Below are positions 42,915 to 53,117 of a stretch of DNA of 64,000 bases, piece after piece. A program made the position numbers and the translations under genes. Under the pieces are notes generated by a model. The model searched no databases. It worked only from the letters and a program-made list of their open reading frames with translations, and was not told the origin of the DNA. Position 1 is the stretch's first letter. Each line of letters opens with the position of its first letter. The stretch spans positions 704,001 through 768,000 of the forward strand of contig CANJVR010000002.1 of NCBI GenBank assembly GCA_947478395.1. The letters run 5' to 3'. Source of the DNA: Opitutia bacterium (GTDB lineage: Bacteria; Verrucomicrobiota; Verrucomicrobiia; Opitutales; Opitutaceae).

Positions 42915-43640
42915 ATGTCCGAAACTCCTCCCGCCAACGCTTCGCTGACGCCCCAGCCCGGCCACCTTTACGTCGTCGCGACTCCGATCGGAAATCTCGC
43001 GGATATGACGGAGCGCGCCCGCGCGATTCTCGGTTCCGTTGATCTCGTCGCGTGCGAAGATACACGCACGACCGGTTTCCTGCTCACGCGTCTGGGCCTG
43101 CGGCGCGAACTCATCGCCTACCACGAACACAACGAAACCGAAGCCGCCGAACGTCTCGCCGCCGAACTTGCCGCGGGTAAATCGGTCGCCGTTGTGAGCG
43201 ACGCCGGCACCCCCGCACTGAGCGATCCCGGTTTCCGACTCGTGCGGGCCTGCCGGCGACGTGGTCTGCCCGTGATCCCGGTACCCGGTGCGAGTGCACT
43301 GACCGCGGTCCTCAGCGCGAGCGGCCTGCCCACCAACGGATTCCTTTTCGTCGGATTCTTGCCCGCGAAGAGCGCCGCGCGCGTCGCGTTTTTCGAGAAA
43401 TACCGAGCGTTCGACTACACCCTCGCCCTCTACGAAAGCTGTCATCGCATCGACAAGGCCGTCGACGAAATCGTCACCACCCTCGGCGAATCGCGCGTGA
43501 TCTGCGTGGCCAAGGAAGTCACGAAACTTCACGAAAGCTGGCTCGTCGGCCCGGCCGTCGAGGTCCGCGATCGGCTCGGAAAGATGAGCCTCAAAGGCGA
43601 ATTCGTCGTCCTCATCGCCCCAGCCGATTTCGTGCTCTGA
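42915..43640 (+). CDS. rsmI: 16S rRNA (cytidine(1402)-2'-O)-methyltransferase
   Basis: LYVVATPIGNL, CEDTR, VSDAGTP..SDPG, KGEFV. Confidence 0.96.
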   Translation: MSETPPANASLTPQPGHLYVVATPIGNLADMTERARAILGSVDLVACEDTRTTGFLLTRLGLRRELIAYHEHNETEAAERLAAELAAGKSVAVVSDAGTPALSDPGFRLVRACRRRGLPVIPVPGASALTAVLSASGLPTNGFLFVGFLPAKSAARVAFFEKYRAFDYTLALYESCHRIDKAVDEIVTTLGESRVICVAKEVTKLHESWLVGPAVEVRDRLGKMSLKGEFVVLIAPADFVL

Positions 43641-43670
43641 GCGGTTTAAGTTTTTTCGTGGGCGCATCGT

Positions 43671-43695
43671 GTAGCGGCCGGCGTCACTGGCTGCC
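43671..43695 (+). repeat. Single REP copy (GTAGCGGC family)
   Basis: GTAGCGGCCGGCGTCACTGGCTGCC, three mismatches to the reverse complement of the 32790-32814 arm. Confidence 0.55.
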
Positions 43696-43746
43696 GGTTT
43701 CAACATCCGCGTAGCGGCTACGCTTTTGGTTGAACCCTCTGGTTGT

Positions 43747-43810
43747 CCGCGGAACCCACGGAATACCCGGAAACGAAACTTTCCTTCCGCGTGTTCCGTG
43801 TGTTCCGTGG
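43747..43810. repeat. Foldback repeat made of 9-bp units
   Basis: CCGCGGAAC CCACGGAAT ACCCGGAAA ... CTTCCGCGT GTTCCGTGT GTTCCGTGG. Confidence 0.65.
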
Positions 43811-43814
43811 GCGC

Positions 43815-44753
43815 ATGTCCGGTCCCTCCGTTGCCGTCATCGATATTGGCTCAAACTCGATCAAAATTCTGGTCGCGGCCCGAAACGCCGAGGGCTTCCT
43901 CACCGCGCAAAAATATCGCATGATCGACGCCCGGATCAGTGCCGGCATCAGTCGCACCCAGCCGCGCCTCTCCGAGGAGGGCATGGCCCGGGGCCTCGCC
44001 GCCATCACCGATCTACTCGACGAGGCGAAAGCCCATTCGCCGTCGAAAATTATTCTGGTCGCCACGAGTGCCGTGCGCGACGCGCTCAATCAGGAGGAAT
44101 TCATCGAACGCGTGGCCCTGGCGACCGGTCATCGCATCCGCCTGCTCTCAGGTGAAGACGAAGCTAAACTCATTGGCCGAGGCCTCACCTGCGATCCAGC
44201 GCTCACCACGCTGCGCGATTTTCATGTGTTCGATCTCGGTGGCGGCAGCTTGGAATGCCTCGCGTTCCGTGAACGCATGATCGAGCAAGCGGTCAGTCTG
44301 CCTCTCGGCTGCGTGCGCCTTGCCGAGCGATTCGTAGCCGATCTCGAGGCTCCTTTCTCCCGTGAGAGCGCGCAGGCCATCGCGGACCACACGCGCACCA
44401 CGCTCGCCCAAGCCCGTTTTAAATTTTCCCTGCCGGCCACCGCAATCGCGGTCGGCACCGGCGGAACGCTCACCACGATGCGCACCATCGTAGCGGCGCG
44501 ATCCGGCGACACACTCGAAGCCACACCCACGTTTATTTCGTTGGCCGAAATTCGCACGATGCTCGACTGGTTGAGCGGGCTTACGCTGCCCGAACGAAAA
44601 CAGGTCCCCGGTCTGCCGCCCGCACGCGCCGATGTTTTTCCGACGGCTCTCGCCACGCTCATCGCCTTGGCCGAGGTGGGCCACCTCCGCGGATTCGAGA
44701 ACTCCCTCTATAATTTGCGCTGGGGACTTGTGGCCGAGACGATGGAGTTGTGA
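43815..44753 (+). CDS. Ppx/GppA family phosphatase
   Basis: IDIGSNS, ATSAVRDA.N, LSGEDEA, DLGGGSLE. Confidence 0.92.
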   Translation: MSGPSVAVIDIGSNSIKILVAARNAEGFLTAQKYRMIDARISAGISRTQPRLSEEGMARGLAAITDLLDEAKAHSPSKIILVATSAVRDALNQEEFIERVALATGHRIRLLSGEDEAKLIGRGLTCDPALTTLRDFHVFDLGGGSLECLAFRERMIEQAVSLPLGCVRLAERFVADLEAPFSRESAQAIADHTRTTLAQARFKFSLPATAIAVGTGGTLTTMRTIVAARSGDTLEATPTFISLAEIRTMLDWLSGLTLPERKQVPGLPPARADVFPTALATLIALAEVGHLRGFENSLYNLRWGLVAETMEL

Positions 44754-44770
44754 AACGGGTAGAGTCCGGA

Positions 44771-44868
44771 GGCAGGGCGGGATTATCCCTGCCCCGCCGT
44801 ATTTAACTGTGTAGCCGCCAGACCGCATCAAACGCGTCACCGGCGCCGTAAGGATAGCGCGCCCTACC
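44771..44868. repeat. Degenerate inverted REP doublet (GGTAGGGC family)
   Basis: GGCAGGGCGGGATTATCCCTGCCCCGCCG ... CGGCGCCGTAAGGATAGCGCGCCCTACC. Confidence 0.5.
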
Positions 44869-45174
44869 TTATCGGGAGCTTCCTGATCGCGTTTGGCGGT
44901 TTCCCTACCGTCGATTGGTTTAGCGCCGCGCTAGAGCTGATCTTTTTCCTGATCGCCCGCTTGGAATATCCGCGCGTCGTCAGCGGTGAGCCGACGGACA
45001 AGGCGGAGCGTCCTCGCGGGCGCCGAATTTATCTGGCAGCGCAAAGTGCCTACGGTTCCTCCAGCCAGCGCTGCAGGGCGGCGATGTCTGCGTTCTCAAT
45101 CGCGGATCCGCGCCCATCCCGTCTACTAACAAGCCGATGCCCGCTGTGAAAATTCCGGAGCGGGGCTTAAAGAC

Positions 45175-46107
45175 TCAATTACGCACCGAGGTTTTTTCAC
45201 CGGTCGGAAAGTCGGCGGGAATTTTTTGCGTGACCGCGCCAGTGGCCGCCCACTCGGTGCCGCGCTGGAGCGTGACGATGAAGCCTACGCACGTGAGCGG
45301 GATGAAAGGCGGCTGGCTGTTCGGGCCGACGTGGCCGAGCGTGGTGTGAAAGACGCGGCCCTTGCCGTAGTCGATCGCCATCAGCACGGGCTCGTCTTCG
45401 CCCGAGGCATTGGGAAATTTCGCTTTGTCGGCCAGAGCGGTGGCGAGAACGGTCACGTTTTTCGCCGGACCGCGGAGGTGACTGTAAATTTCATCCCTCG
45501 GATGCAGCCACGAGACGGGCAGTCCCTTCATGATCGGGTGCTCGGGCGTGCGTGTGACGACGCTAAAGTCGTGTGGCGCAGGATGCCCGTAGTTACCAGG
45601 GCTGTCTTCCGCCACCGTGTGGCCGTCGCGCCAGCGTATTTTCAATCCGACGCCGGGCTTGCGGCCGTTGACGCCGCCCGAGGGCGTCATGCCCCAGCCT
45701 CCGACGCCAATCATGTCGTTGAATTCGGGCCAATTCGGAAACCCGTTGTCGGCCGCGTGAATCGTCACGAGCCCCCCGCCGTTTTTCATATAGTCGACCA
45801 ACGCCTGCTTCGTGGCCGCGGGCCAGTCGATCGTCTCGTAGTCCAGCACGACGACGCCGTAGCCGGAAAACTTCGGGTTGAAATCGGATGTCTCCACATC
45901 CTTGGCGGGCGCGGTGACGACATCGACCGCGAACAAGCCGGTCTGCTCCAGATAAGTTTTCACGAGCGGACCGCTTTTGGTCCAATCGTGAAAGCGGTTA
46001 GACTGGCCGGTGAGCAGCATGACCTTGATCGGGGTCGCGGCAAATGTGCTGAGGGTGAGGTGCATCGCGAGGACAACGAGAAGGAAGACGCGGGCGGATG
46101 GTTTCAT
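45175..46107 (-). CDS. Exported ThuA-like domain protein
   Basis: Signal peptide, GGGLVTIHAA, HPIMKGLP, DEIY, YGKGRVFHTTLGH. Confidence 0.88.
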   Translation of the reverse strand: MKPSARVFLLVVLAMHLTLSTFAATPIKVMLLTGQSNRFHDWTKSGPLVKTYLEQTGLFAVDVVTAPAKDVETSDFNPKFSGYGVVVLDYETIDWPAATKQALVDYMKNGGGLVTIHAADNGFPNWPEFNDMIGVGGWGMTPSGGVNGRKPGVGLKIRWRDGHTVAEDSPGNYGHPAPHDFSVVTRTPEHPIMKGLPVSWLHPRDEIYSHLRGPAKNVTVLATALADKAKFPNASGEDEPVLMAIDYGKGRVFHTTLGHVGPNSQPPFIPLTCVGFIVTLQRGTEWAATGAVTQKIPADFPTGEKTSVRN

Positions 46108-46539
46108 AGAAGCAACGTGAAATAGAGGAGCAACACAACCGAGGGGGACATCGGATCGCTCACGGAAGCGATACAGGGGTCGCGCCGCGCGAAAAGCAAA
46201 CGCTTGGTCTCACTATTGCGCGCTAGAGGCGGACGCGCCGTGCCCCGTTACGGGCCGATCGGGATCAAGTCTAATGTTACTACTCCCCTGCACTGGGCCG
46301 CGTCGCAGGCGATGTTAATCATATTCCTTTGGCTGGTCGCCATCTTCGTCTGCCTTCAGGCTTAACCCCGACCGAACCCCATGTCCACGCCCTGTCGTTT
46401 CCTTCACCGTGCCGCATTTGTGACCGCGGGCGCATCCGTCAGCGTAGGGTACTTCCGGCCTGATGCCGCCCTGGGCAAGACAGACCAGGCGGCGCGCAAT
46501 TTTGGCCTCGGTTAACATCAGAGCGCCACAGCCATCGCG

Positions 46540-47412
46540 ATGAATCTCCGCCCTGCGCATACGCCCGCCACGGAACCGTACCTGAAGGGACGCAGCTTCG
46601 TTCGCTCGCTGGCGTTCGCGTGCACGCTGGCCACGGTATCCGCGCCGGCGCAAGAATCCAGTGCTCAACTGAGCGATCGCGCCGATCGCGCCGCGCCTCG
46701 GACGGATCCCAATTCGCAACTGGCCCACGCCCAGTTGCTCGAAAAAGCGCAGCACGGCGGCATCGACATTTATTTCCTCGGCGACTCGATCATCCGCCGA
46801 TGGGGCGCCAACGACTACCCCTATTTTCAATCCAACTGGAAACGTAATTTCTTTGGCTGGAACGCCGCGAATTTCGGCTGGGGCGCGGACCGAATCCAAA
46901 ATATTCTTTGGCGCGTGGAGAACGGCGAGCTGACCGGCGTGAATCCCAAGGTGATCGTGATTCTCGCCGGAACGAACAACGTCGGCCCGCAAGCAGCCGA
47001 CGAAGCCAAGATTGCCGACATCACCCGCGGCCTGCAGGCGCTCGTTAATCTCTGTCGCGCAAAGGCGCCAGCCGCCACCATTGTGCTCACCGCAATTTTC
47101 CCCCGGAACGACAACCCGGCCGCCATTCCGGGCATCAATCGCATCAACGAAAATCTCGCGCGTTTCGCGGATGGAAAATCCATCCGCTTCGTCAACATCA
47201 ACGCCCGTCTCGCCGCCGCAGACGGGAAGCTCTTCGACGGCATGATGGGCGACAAGCTTCACCCCACGATCAAAGGCTACCAAATTTGGGCCGACGCGTT
47301 GAACCCCATCTTCACGGAATTGCTCGGCCCTCCCGCCACCACCGATCACGCGCCCCCGCCGACCGGCGATCCGAGCGCCACCAAGTCTCGCCCCGCTCCC
47401 CCGAAACCTTAA
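46540..47412 (+). CDS. SGNH/GDSL esterase
   Basis: FLGDSI, NFGWGAD, LAGTNN, DKLHP. Confidence 0.9.
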   Translation: MNLRPAHTPATEPYLKGRSFVRSLAFACTLATVSAPAQESSAQLSDRADRAAPRTDPNSQLAHAQLLEKAQHGGIDIYFLGDSIIRRWGANDYPYFQSNWKRNFFGWNAANFGWGADRIQNILWRVENGELTGVNPKVIVILAGTNNVGPQAADEAKIADITRGLQALVNLCRAKAPAATIVLTAIFPRNDNPAAIPGINRINENLARFADGKSIRFVNINARLAAADGKLFDGMMGDKLHPTIKGYQIWADALNPIFTELLGPPATTDHAPPPTGDPSATKSRPAPPKP

Positions 47413-47422
47413 CCCTAATCGC

Positions 47423-48952
47423 ATGAAACCCGTCGCATCTTCCATCGTTTCACCCGCACGAATTTTATTCGCCGGACTTTTGTCTGTGAGTGCCGGCGTC
47501 CACTCGAATGCCCAAACCCCTCCCGTTCCCGCCGCCGCGCCCGCTGCGTTTCCCGGCATGCCGAGCGCGGAGGAGCGTCAACGCATGCAGGAGCTCACCG
47601 CGCAGGATCACAAAAATATGATGGAGCAGCTCGGCATCACGAAACTCCGCCCCGGCCCGAGCGGGCAGACCGGCCCGAACGTCGTCAATCCCGCCAACTA
47701 CGATCCAGCGAAGGCCAACCCGTTTCCCGATCTACCGGACGTGCTCGTCTCGAAAGGTGGACAAAAAATCACCACGTCCACCCAGTGGTGGAGCGTGCGT
47801 CGCCCGGAAATCGTCGAAGACTTCGAACGCGAAGTGATCGGCCGCGTGCCTAAAAATGTCCCGAGTATTAAGTGGGAGGTCACGCGCACGGCCAACGCCA
47901 AGGTCGGCGATCTAGCCGTCGTCGCGAAACAGGTCATCGGGCACGTGGATAACTCCGCGTACCCCGGTATCACGGTCGACATCAAGATGGCCGTTGTCAC
48001 GCCGGCGGATGCGAAGGGACCCGTGCCGGTTTTGATGATGTTTGGTTCCGGCGGCATGCCGGATGATCCGGCTCCGGGCTTCGGCCGTGGTCCGGCGCGC
48101 GCTGGCGCGCCGGCGGGACCAATCGATCCACCGTCGACGAATCAACTCATCGCCGCCGGCTGGGGCTACGTTTCCATCAGCACCACGAGCATCCAGGCCG
48201 ACAACGGTGCAGGCCTCACAAAAGGCATCATCGGCCTCACGAACAAAGGCCAGCCCCGCAAACCCGAGGATTGGGGCTCGCTCCGCGCGTGGGCGTGGGG
48301 CGCGGCCCGCGCCCTCGACTTTCTCGAAACCGATCCCGCCATCGACGCCAAGCACGTGGGAATCGAGGGCGTATCGCGGTACGGCAAGGCCGCGCTTGTC
48401 ACGCTGGCGTTCGAGTCGCGCTTCGCGCTCGCCCTCGTCGGTTCCTCCGGCGAAGGCGGAGCGAAATTGCACCGCCGTAATTTTGGCGAGTCCGTGGAAA
48501 ATCTCACCGGCTCGGGCGAATACCACTGGATGGGTGGCAACTTTCTGAAATACGGCGCGGAGGAATCCAAATTCGGACGCAAAACCGCCGCCGATCTGCC
48601 CGTCGACGCGCACGAGTTGATCGCGCTCTGCGCGCCACGCCCCACTTTCATCAGCTACGGCATCCCGGAAAAGGGCGACGCCAATTGGTTGGACCAGCAA
48701 GGCAGCTACATGGCCACCGTTGCAGCCGGCCCCGTTTTCCGCCTGCTCGGCGCGCGCGACATCGGCGATAAAAACGACTATCACGTGGCCAAAATGCCGC
48801 CGTTCAACACGAGCCTGCTCGACGGTGAACTGGGGTGGCGCCAGCACGACGGTGGACACGAGGACCGCTCAAACATGAAGCACTTCATCACGTGGGCGGA
48901 CAAACTCATTCGCCACACCACGCCGGTGACCAGCGCGAAAACGGCACCGTAA
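47423..48952 (+). CDS. CE15 glucuronoyl esterase-like carbohydrate esterase
   Basis: Nucleophile motif GVSRYGK, WAWGA.RALD.L, LPVDAHELIAL.APRP, HDGGH. Confidence 0.85.
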   Translation: MKPVASSIVSPARILFAGLLSVSAGVHSNAQTPPVPAAAPAAFPGMPSAEERQRMQELTAQDHKNMMEQLGITKLRPGPSGQTGPNVVNPANYDPAKANPFPDLPDVLVSKGGQKITTSTQWWSVRRPEIVEDFEREVIGRVPKNVPSIKWEVTRTANAKVGDLAVVAKQVIGHVDNSAYPGITVDIKMAVVTPADAKGPVPVLMMFGSGGMPDDPAPGFGRGPARAGAPAGPIDPPSTNQLIAAGWGYVSISTTSIQADNGAGLTKGIIGLTNKGQPRKPEDWGSLRAWAWGAARALDFLETDPAIDAKHVGIEGVSRYGKAALVTLAFESRFALALVGSSGEGGAKLHRRNFGESVENLTGSGEYHWMGGNFLKYGAEESKFGRKTAADLPVDAHELIALCAPRPTFISYGIPEKGDANWLDQQGSYMATVAAGPVFRLLGARDIGDKNDYHVAKMPPFNTSLLDGELGWRQHDGGHEDRSNMKHFITWADKLIRHTTPVTSAKTAP

Positions 48953-49052
48953 AGAACCAAGCGCACCGGTTGGAAAAACGCGGATTGGCTCGGACCGATC
49001 AAGGCGTCCGTTTTTTTGGTATGGTTTAACCGAAAGCGCAGACGCTAACGAC

Positions 49053-49122
49053 GTCGCGGCAGGGGTCCCTGCCTGCCGCCACCAGGACACCGGTCCCGGC
49101 AGGCAGAGACGCCTGCCGGGAC
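49053..49122. repeat. Inverted REP doublet (same family as 32743-32814)
   Basis: GTCGCGGCAGGGGTCCCTGCCTGCC ... GGCAGGCAGAGACGCCTGCCGGGAC. Confidence 0.65.
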
Positions 49123-49526
49123 CCGAAACGGCCACGGAAAAGCTCAAATCGCTCGAGAGTAACCGGGGACACCTGGGTGGGCGGAAAAGCGTCGCGCCGA
49201 CCTACCCCGCCGAGCCAGATCCGGCCGATAACTCGGGGTCGTTTTGATTGAACACCGGCTGCGCCATGACCGCTTCACTCGGCGTGGCCTGTGCCGGACC
49301 ATGCAACGAGAACCGCGGATAGCGCGAATACAGCTGATGAATGCTCCGCGTGTTTTGGACGAATGGACGATGCCCTAAAACTGAAAGACGAAGTCTCTTT
49401 TCGACCATCACACGCAACGTCTGAAAATCCGCGCGATCAGCGTTATTCCGGTCCCGACTGCATCGCCCCGGCTAAGACCATTCCCACCATTGCGCGGTAA
49501 TGTGGTACGAGCGCTTGAATCGACGC

Positions 49527-49559
49527 AAAAAAACAGCCGTCGTTTGCACGACGGCTGTT
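49527..49559 (-). terminator. Intrinsic terminator of the TonB receptor gene
   Basis: Minus strand reads AACAGCCGTCGT-GCAA-ACGACGGCTGTTTTTTT. Confidence 0.85.
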
Positions 49560-49583
49560 GATCTCTTCAGCTCGAGGAAACCT

Positions 49584-52500
49584 TTAGAAATCGACCGAGG
49601 TCGTGAAGATCACCTTGCGCGGATCCAGATAGTTGAAGCTGCTCGGGAACATACCGAGGAGCGGATTCGTCGTCTGGCCGAGCACGCGATAGGTCGTATA
49701 GTTGTTGAAGATCAAATCGCTCTTGTCCGTGAGGTTATTCACATTGAGCTGGAAGCGGACGTTATACTTCCCGAACCGGGTACGATACGCCATATTGGCA
49801 TCCTGCGTGAAATAGGACGGCTGGTAGAGGTAAGAGAACGCAGCCGCTTGATTTTCCGCCGGAGTTGCAGCGCGCGCACCGGGAGCAGTGAGGCCGAACA
49901 GGATGGCGGCGGGGGTGCTCGTCACCTTGCGCTGGCCGCGACCGCTGATGCCGTAGCCAACCGAGAAACCGCGCAGCGCCGTTTCACGCCCGAACTGATA
50001 GGTCGCCGCGAGGCTGCCCGTCCATTTGTTCGTGCCGTTGTTCGTCGTGCCGGGCGCACTGCCAGCGATGTTGTTCTGGATATTGAGAATCTGGCTGGCG
50101 ATATTTTGACCCTCGGCCGCCGTCAGCGCCTCACCCTTGTCGTTCACGAGAGCAGTTGCCCACGAGGACCACTTGGCTTGGAAGGCTTCGAAGTAGGCCT
50201 TGGTCACCGGACGAACGTCGATGGACTTCGTCTTCGGCAACGCGTAGTTGGCCTGAAGGCGGAGGCCGCCTAGATTCGCCACCGCTTTGAACTCGTAGCC
50301 TGAGGTCTCAAGCGCGGCAACGTCGCGCCACGACATCTGCGTATAGTTTACGTCGTTGGCGTAGGTCGGACCGGAGCTGCTCCAGAGACTGGTGAAATTG
50401 CCCGAGGGCGGTCCACTGATCTGGTCGACCTGGTTATTCTTGTAGTAGCGTGCTTCGCCGGAGAGGCGGCCATCGAGAAAGTTAAAGCGAAGGCCGAACT
50501 CCGAACCCTTACCGCGCGTCGCGCCGAACGCTGCACCGTTGATGGTACCGTCGGCGTTATAGCCGGTGATCTTGGCAGCGCCTGAAGTCGGTGGCGCGAA
50601 GTTTTCGTTATAACTGTAAAATCCGCCAACGTGCTGGCCCTTGTCGGCCCAAACCACGGCGCCGAAGTTCTTCGTGAGCGCGCCAGCCTTGGTCAGATTA
50701 TGCGCACCTGGACGGGTTCCAGTGCCGGGGACAAAGCCGCCGTAACCCTGAAGACCGTGAACGTCATTGAAACCGCCGATGTTGCCGTATTGGTCGTCGT
50801 TGAGGTCGTCGTTACGAGCACCAAAGGTGATCGCGACCCGATCGCTCAGCAATTGGAGCGCGCCGATGATTTGGGCGTAATAGATATCCTTGTGTTCGAC
50901 GGAGGCGAAACCGGTTTGAATCCAATTGTAGGTGAACCCGGGTTTGGGGCCCGGCAACGTGCCAGCGCCGCCGTTCTTCAAACCATCCTCCACATAATAA
51001 CGGTAACGGAGGGTGTTTTCCGCCGCGGTCCACACTTGGTTCGCGCCGTCGGTGCGAGCAGGACTCAAGCCCCGCGCTTCGAAACGCTCGGCGCGATTGC
51101 CGACGACGCCGGAGAGCTGAAACCGGGAGTTCCAGAACGGCAGCGGGGTGCGGAAGCTCACGAGGCCACGCCATTCGTAGACGTAGTTTTCCTGGTAGCT
51201 TTTGCCTGGCGTCATTTCGGCGTAGAGCTTGCCCGCCTTGGGATTTACGGTGCCGTCGGGCAGGTATTTGTTAATATCATACTGGAACGAGCCCGTAGTA
51301 CCGGTCAGCTGGTTGCGGTCGTTGTTGTAGTCGTAGAACTGCAGACGGGCCGAAACGAAGTCGCTGAACCGGTGGTCCAAGTTAAAGGTGTAGGTCTGCT
51401 CCTTGAAGCGGGACCACGTGTCGTTCGGGCCGAAGTTAAACTCTTTACCGCCCGGCAGTGAGGCCGTGGAAGCGATTCCAGGCAGGTCGGAGCGGCCGTT
51501 GGGCTGGATGGCGATGCCCGGTCCGGTCGAGCGGTAGGTCCGGGTGTTGGCGACATTGGTCGTTCCGCCGCCGGTGTTGATGAACGCGTTCGTGGAGGGA
51601 ATTAAGGTCCAATTCTCAGCGTTACCGCTCACCTGAGTGACACCGGCGAGACCTTGGTTAGCGGGCAAGTTGGGATTGAGGCGATCGAACAGGTAGCCCG
51701 GCGCGAAGTAGCCGATCTGATCGCTGAACGTCGTCGGCATGTTCAAGTAACGCTTGTTGTCGAACTCCACGTCGACCGCCAGCTCGGTGGTCGGCGTAAT
51801 TTTATAGACTGTCGCGAGGTCCAACGCGCGCTCCGTGCTACGAGACCCATCACGCCATTGGGACGTGCTGGAATTCGCATTCTTCTGGAAGAGCAGATTG
51901 AGGCGGCCCGCGAAATTCTTGAAGATGACCTTGTTGGTGTCCGTCGAGAATCGCCAGCCACCGTAGCTGTCCCAACGGACGGTGCCGGAGTTGGAATCGC
52001 GATTCAAACGCGCCGTCTTGGTCGCTGACGTCGCAAGGCCGCCGATCTGGCCGTCACCGAAAAACGTCGAATTCGGCCCCATCGACAGGTCGAAGCGCTC
52101 GGTGTTGAAAGTATCCTGGACGGAATAGTTCAGGAAAGTATTACGCGTCGGGTAGTTGCCGGCCGATCCAGCCCCACGGAAGTTAAACTCGAAGTCGCCG
52201 AACGGAGATCCGTTTTGGGTGAAGCTGCCGGGGTCGACGCTCATCGAGTAACGGAAAGCATCACGCATATCGGTGATCGCCCAGTCATCCATGAACTCCT
52301 TTGTGATGGAGGAAATCCCGGACGCCGTGTCCTTGAACTTCAGGTCGACGCGGCCGCCCATACCGCCATCGACGCCTTGGTAACCGATATCCTTGTCGGT
52401 GCGGACTTCGAAAACCGATAGCTGAAGCGTATCCTGGTCGGATTTGATCGCAGCGAGCTCTTCGGGATCGAGGAGGCCGTTTTTGTTTTTGTCGTATCTA

Positions 52501-52601
52501 GCGAGGGTCGCCGCGTCTACAGGCGCAGCCGTTTGCGCCGCAAGCGGCCAAGCAGCTGCAAGCGCGAATGTGACCAAGATGGTACTTACGTGGTATTTCA
52601 T
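49584..52601 (-). CDS. TonB-dependent receptor
   Basis: Signal peptide, LSVFEVRTDKDIGY, plug ISSITKEFMDD, C-terminal FQLNVNNL...DPR...TTSVDF. Confidence 0.92.
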   Translation of the reverse strand: MKYHVSTILVTFALAAAWPLAAQTAAPVDAATLARYDKNKNGLLDPEELAAIKSDQDTLQLSVFEVRTDKDIGYQGVDGGMGGRVDLKFKDTASGISSITKEFMDDWAITDMRDAFRYSMSVDPGSFTQNGSPFGDFEFNFRGAGSAGNYPTRNTFLNYSVQDTFNTERFDLSMGPNSTFFGDGQIGGLATSATKTARLNRDSNSGTVRWDSYGGWRFSTDTNKVIFKNFAGRLNLLFQKNANSSTSQWRDGSRSTERALDLATVYKITPTTELAVDVEFDNKRYLNMPTTFSDQIGYFAPGYLFDRLNPNLPANQGLAGVTQVSGNAENWTLIPSTNAFINTGGGTTNVANTRTYRSTGPGIAIQPNGRSDLPGIASTASLPGGKEFNFGPNDTWSRFKEQTYTFNLDHRFSDFVSARLQFYDYNNDRNQLTGTTGSFQYDINKYLPDGTVNPKAGKLYAEMTPGKSYQENYVYEWRGLVSFRTPLPFWNSRFQLSGVVGNRAERFEARGLSPARTDGANQVWTAAENTLRYRYYVEDGLKNGGAGTLPGPKPGFTYNWIQTGFASVEHKDIYYAQIIGALQLLSDRVAITFGARNDDLNDDQYGNIGGFNDVHGLQGYGGFVPGTGTRPGAHNLTKAGALTKNFGAVVWADKGQHVGGFYSYNENFAPPTSGAAKITGYNADGTINGAAFGATRGKGSEFGLRFNFLDGRLSGEARYYKNNQVDQISGPPSGNFTSLWSSSGPTYANDVNYTQMSWRDVAALETSGYEFKAVANLGGLRLQANYALPKTKSIDVRPVTKAYFEAFQAKWSSWATALVNDKGEALTAAEGQNIASQILNIQNNIAGSAPGTTNNGTNKWTGSLAATYQFGRETALRGFSVGYGISGRGQRKVTSTPAAILFGLTAPGARAATPAENQAAAFSYLYQPSYFTQDANMAYRTRFGKYNVRFQLNVNNLTDKSDLIFNNYTTYRVLGQTTNPLLGMFPSSFNYLDPRKVIFTTSVDF

Positions 52602-52602
52602 G

Positions 52603-52646
52603 GGTGATTGGTGATTGGTGATTGGTGATTGGTGATTGGTGATTGG
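52603..52646. repeat. Heptanucleotide tandem repeat (GGTGATT)x6+GG
   Basis: Six perfect units, 1 bp from the receptor ATG. Confidence 0.95.
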
Positions 52647-52719
52647 GGTGCCGAAGAATCAATTGCATCGTCCGGTCGCGAATAAGAGGAGGCGGGGTGC
52701 AAAAAGACTGGTCGGAAAT

Positions 52720-52729
52720 GGGGGGGGGG
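52720..52729. repeat. G10 homopolymer tract
   Basis: Ten consecutive G in the divergent intergenic region. Confidence 0.85.
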
Positions 52730-53117
52730 ATTGCGGGGTGAGCGGTGTCGAACAGATACGGACGCACCGATGGGCGCTTACTGGACAGACAAGAATGCGG
52801 GTCGCAAAAAAATCCTGAGTCTAACAGTAGTGCATAAACGCAAATGCGCTCGCTGCCCTCCCGACGAGTGGTGCAACGCCGGCCACAGCAGTGCGGCAAT
52901 TATGCGGTCGCTCCCCGATTTTCCCCGCTCCACGTCGCGCGTTTCGGCACCCGATTTTCGTTCGGGCCAAAGCGAGATCCGAAACGCCGATCGGTTGGTC
53001 AACTGTTGTAACAAAATCGCCGTCGATCCTCTCCCGCATCTATTTTACTTCTTTTGGGTCCGGCTAGCCCTCCCACCCCAAAACAACGACCGCGAGACCA
53101 CCTCGGTCCGTCCACTC

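Noticed and set aside
52731..53117. Long N-terminal extensions in the ORF track (also for ilvD, scpB, GT9, ligase, AI-2E)
   Set aside because: Family homology or signal peptides begin at downstream starts; the extensions look like open intergenic sequence.
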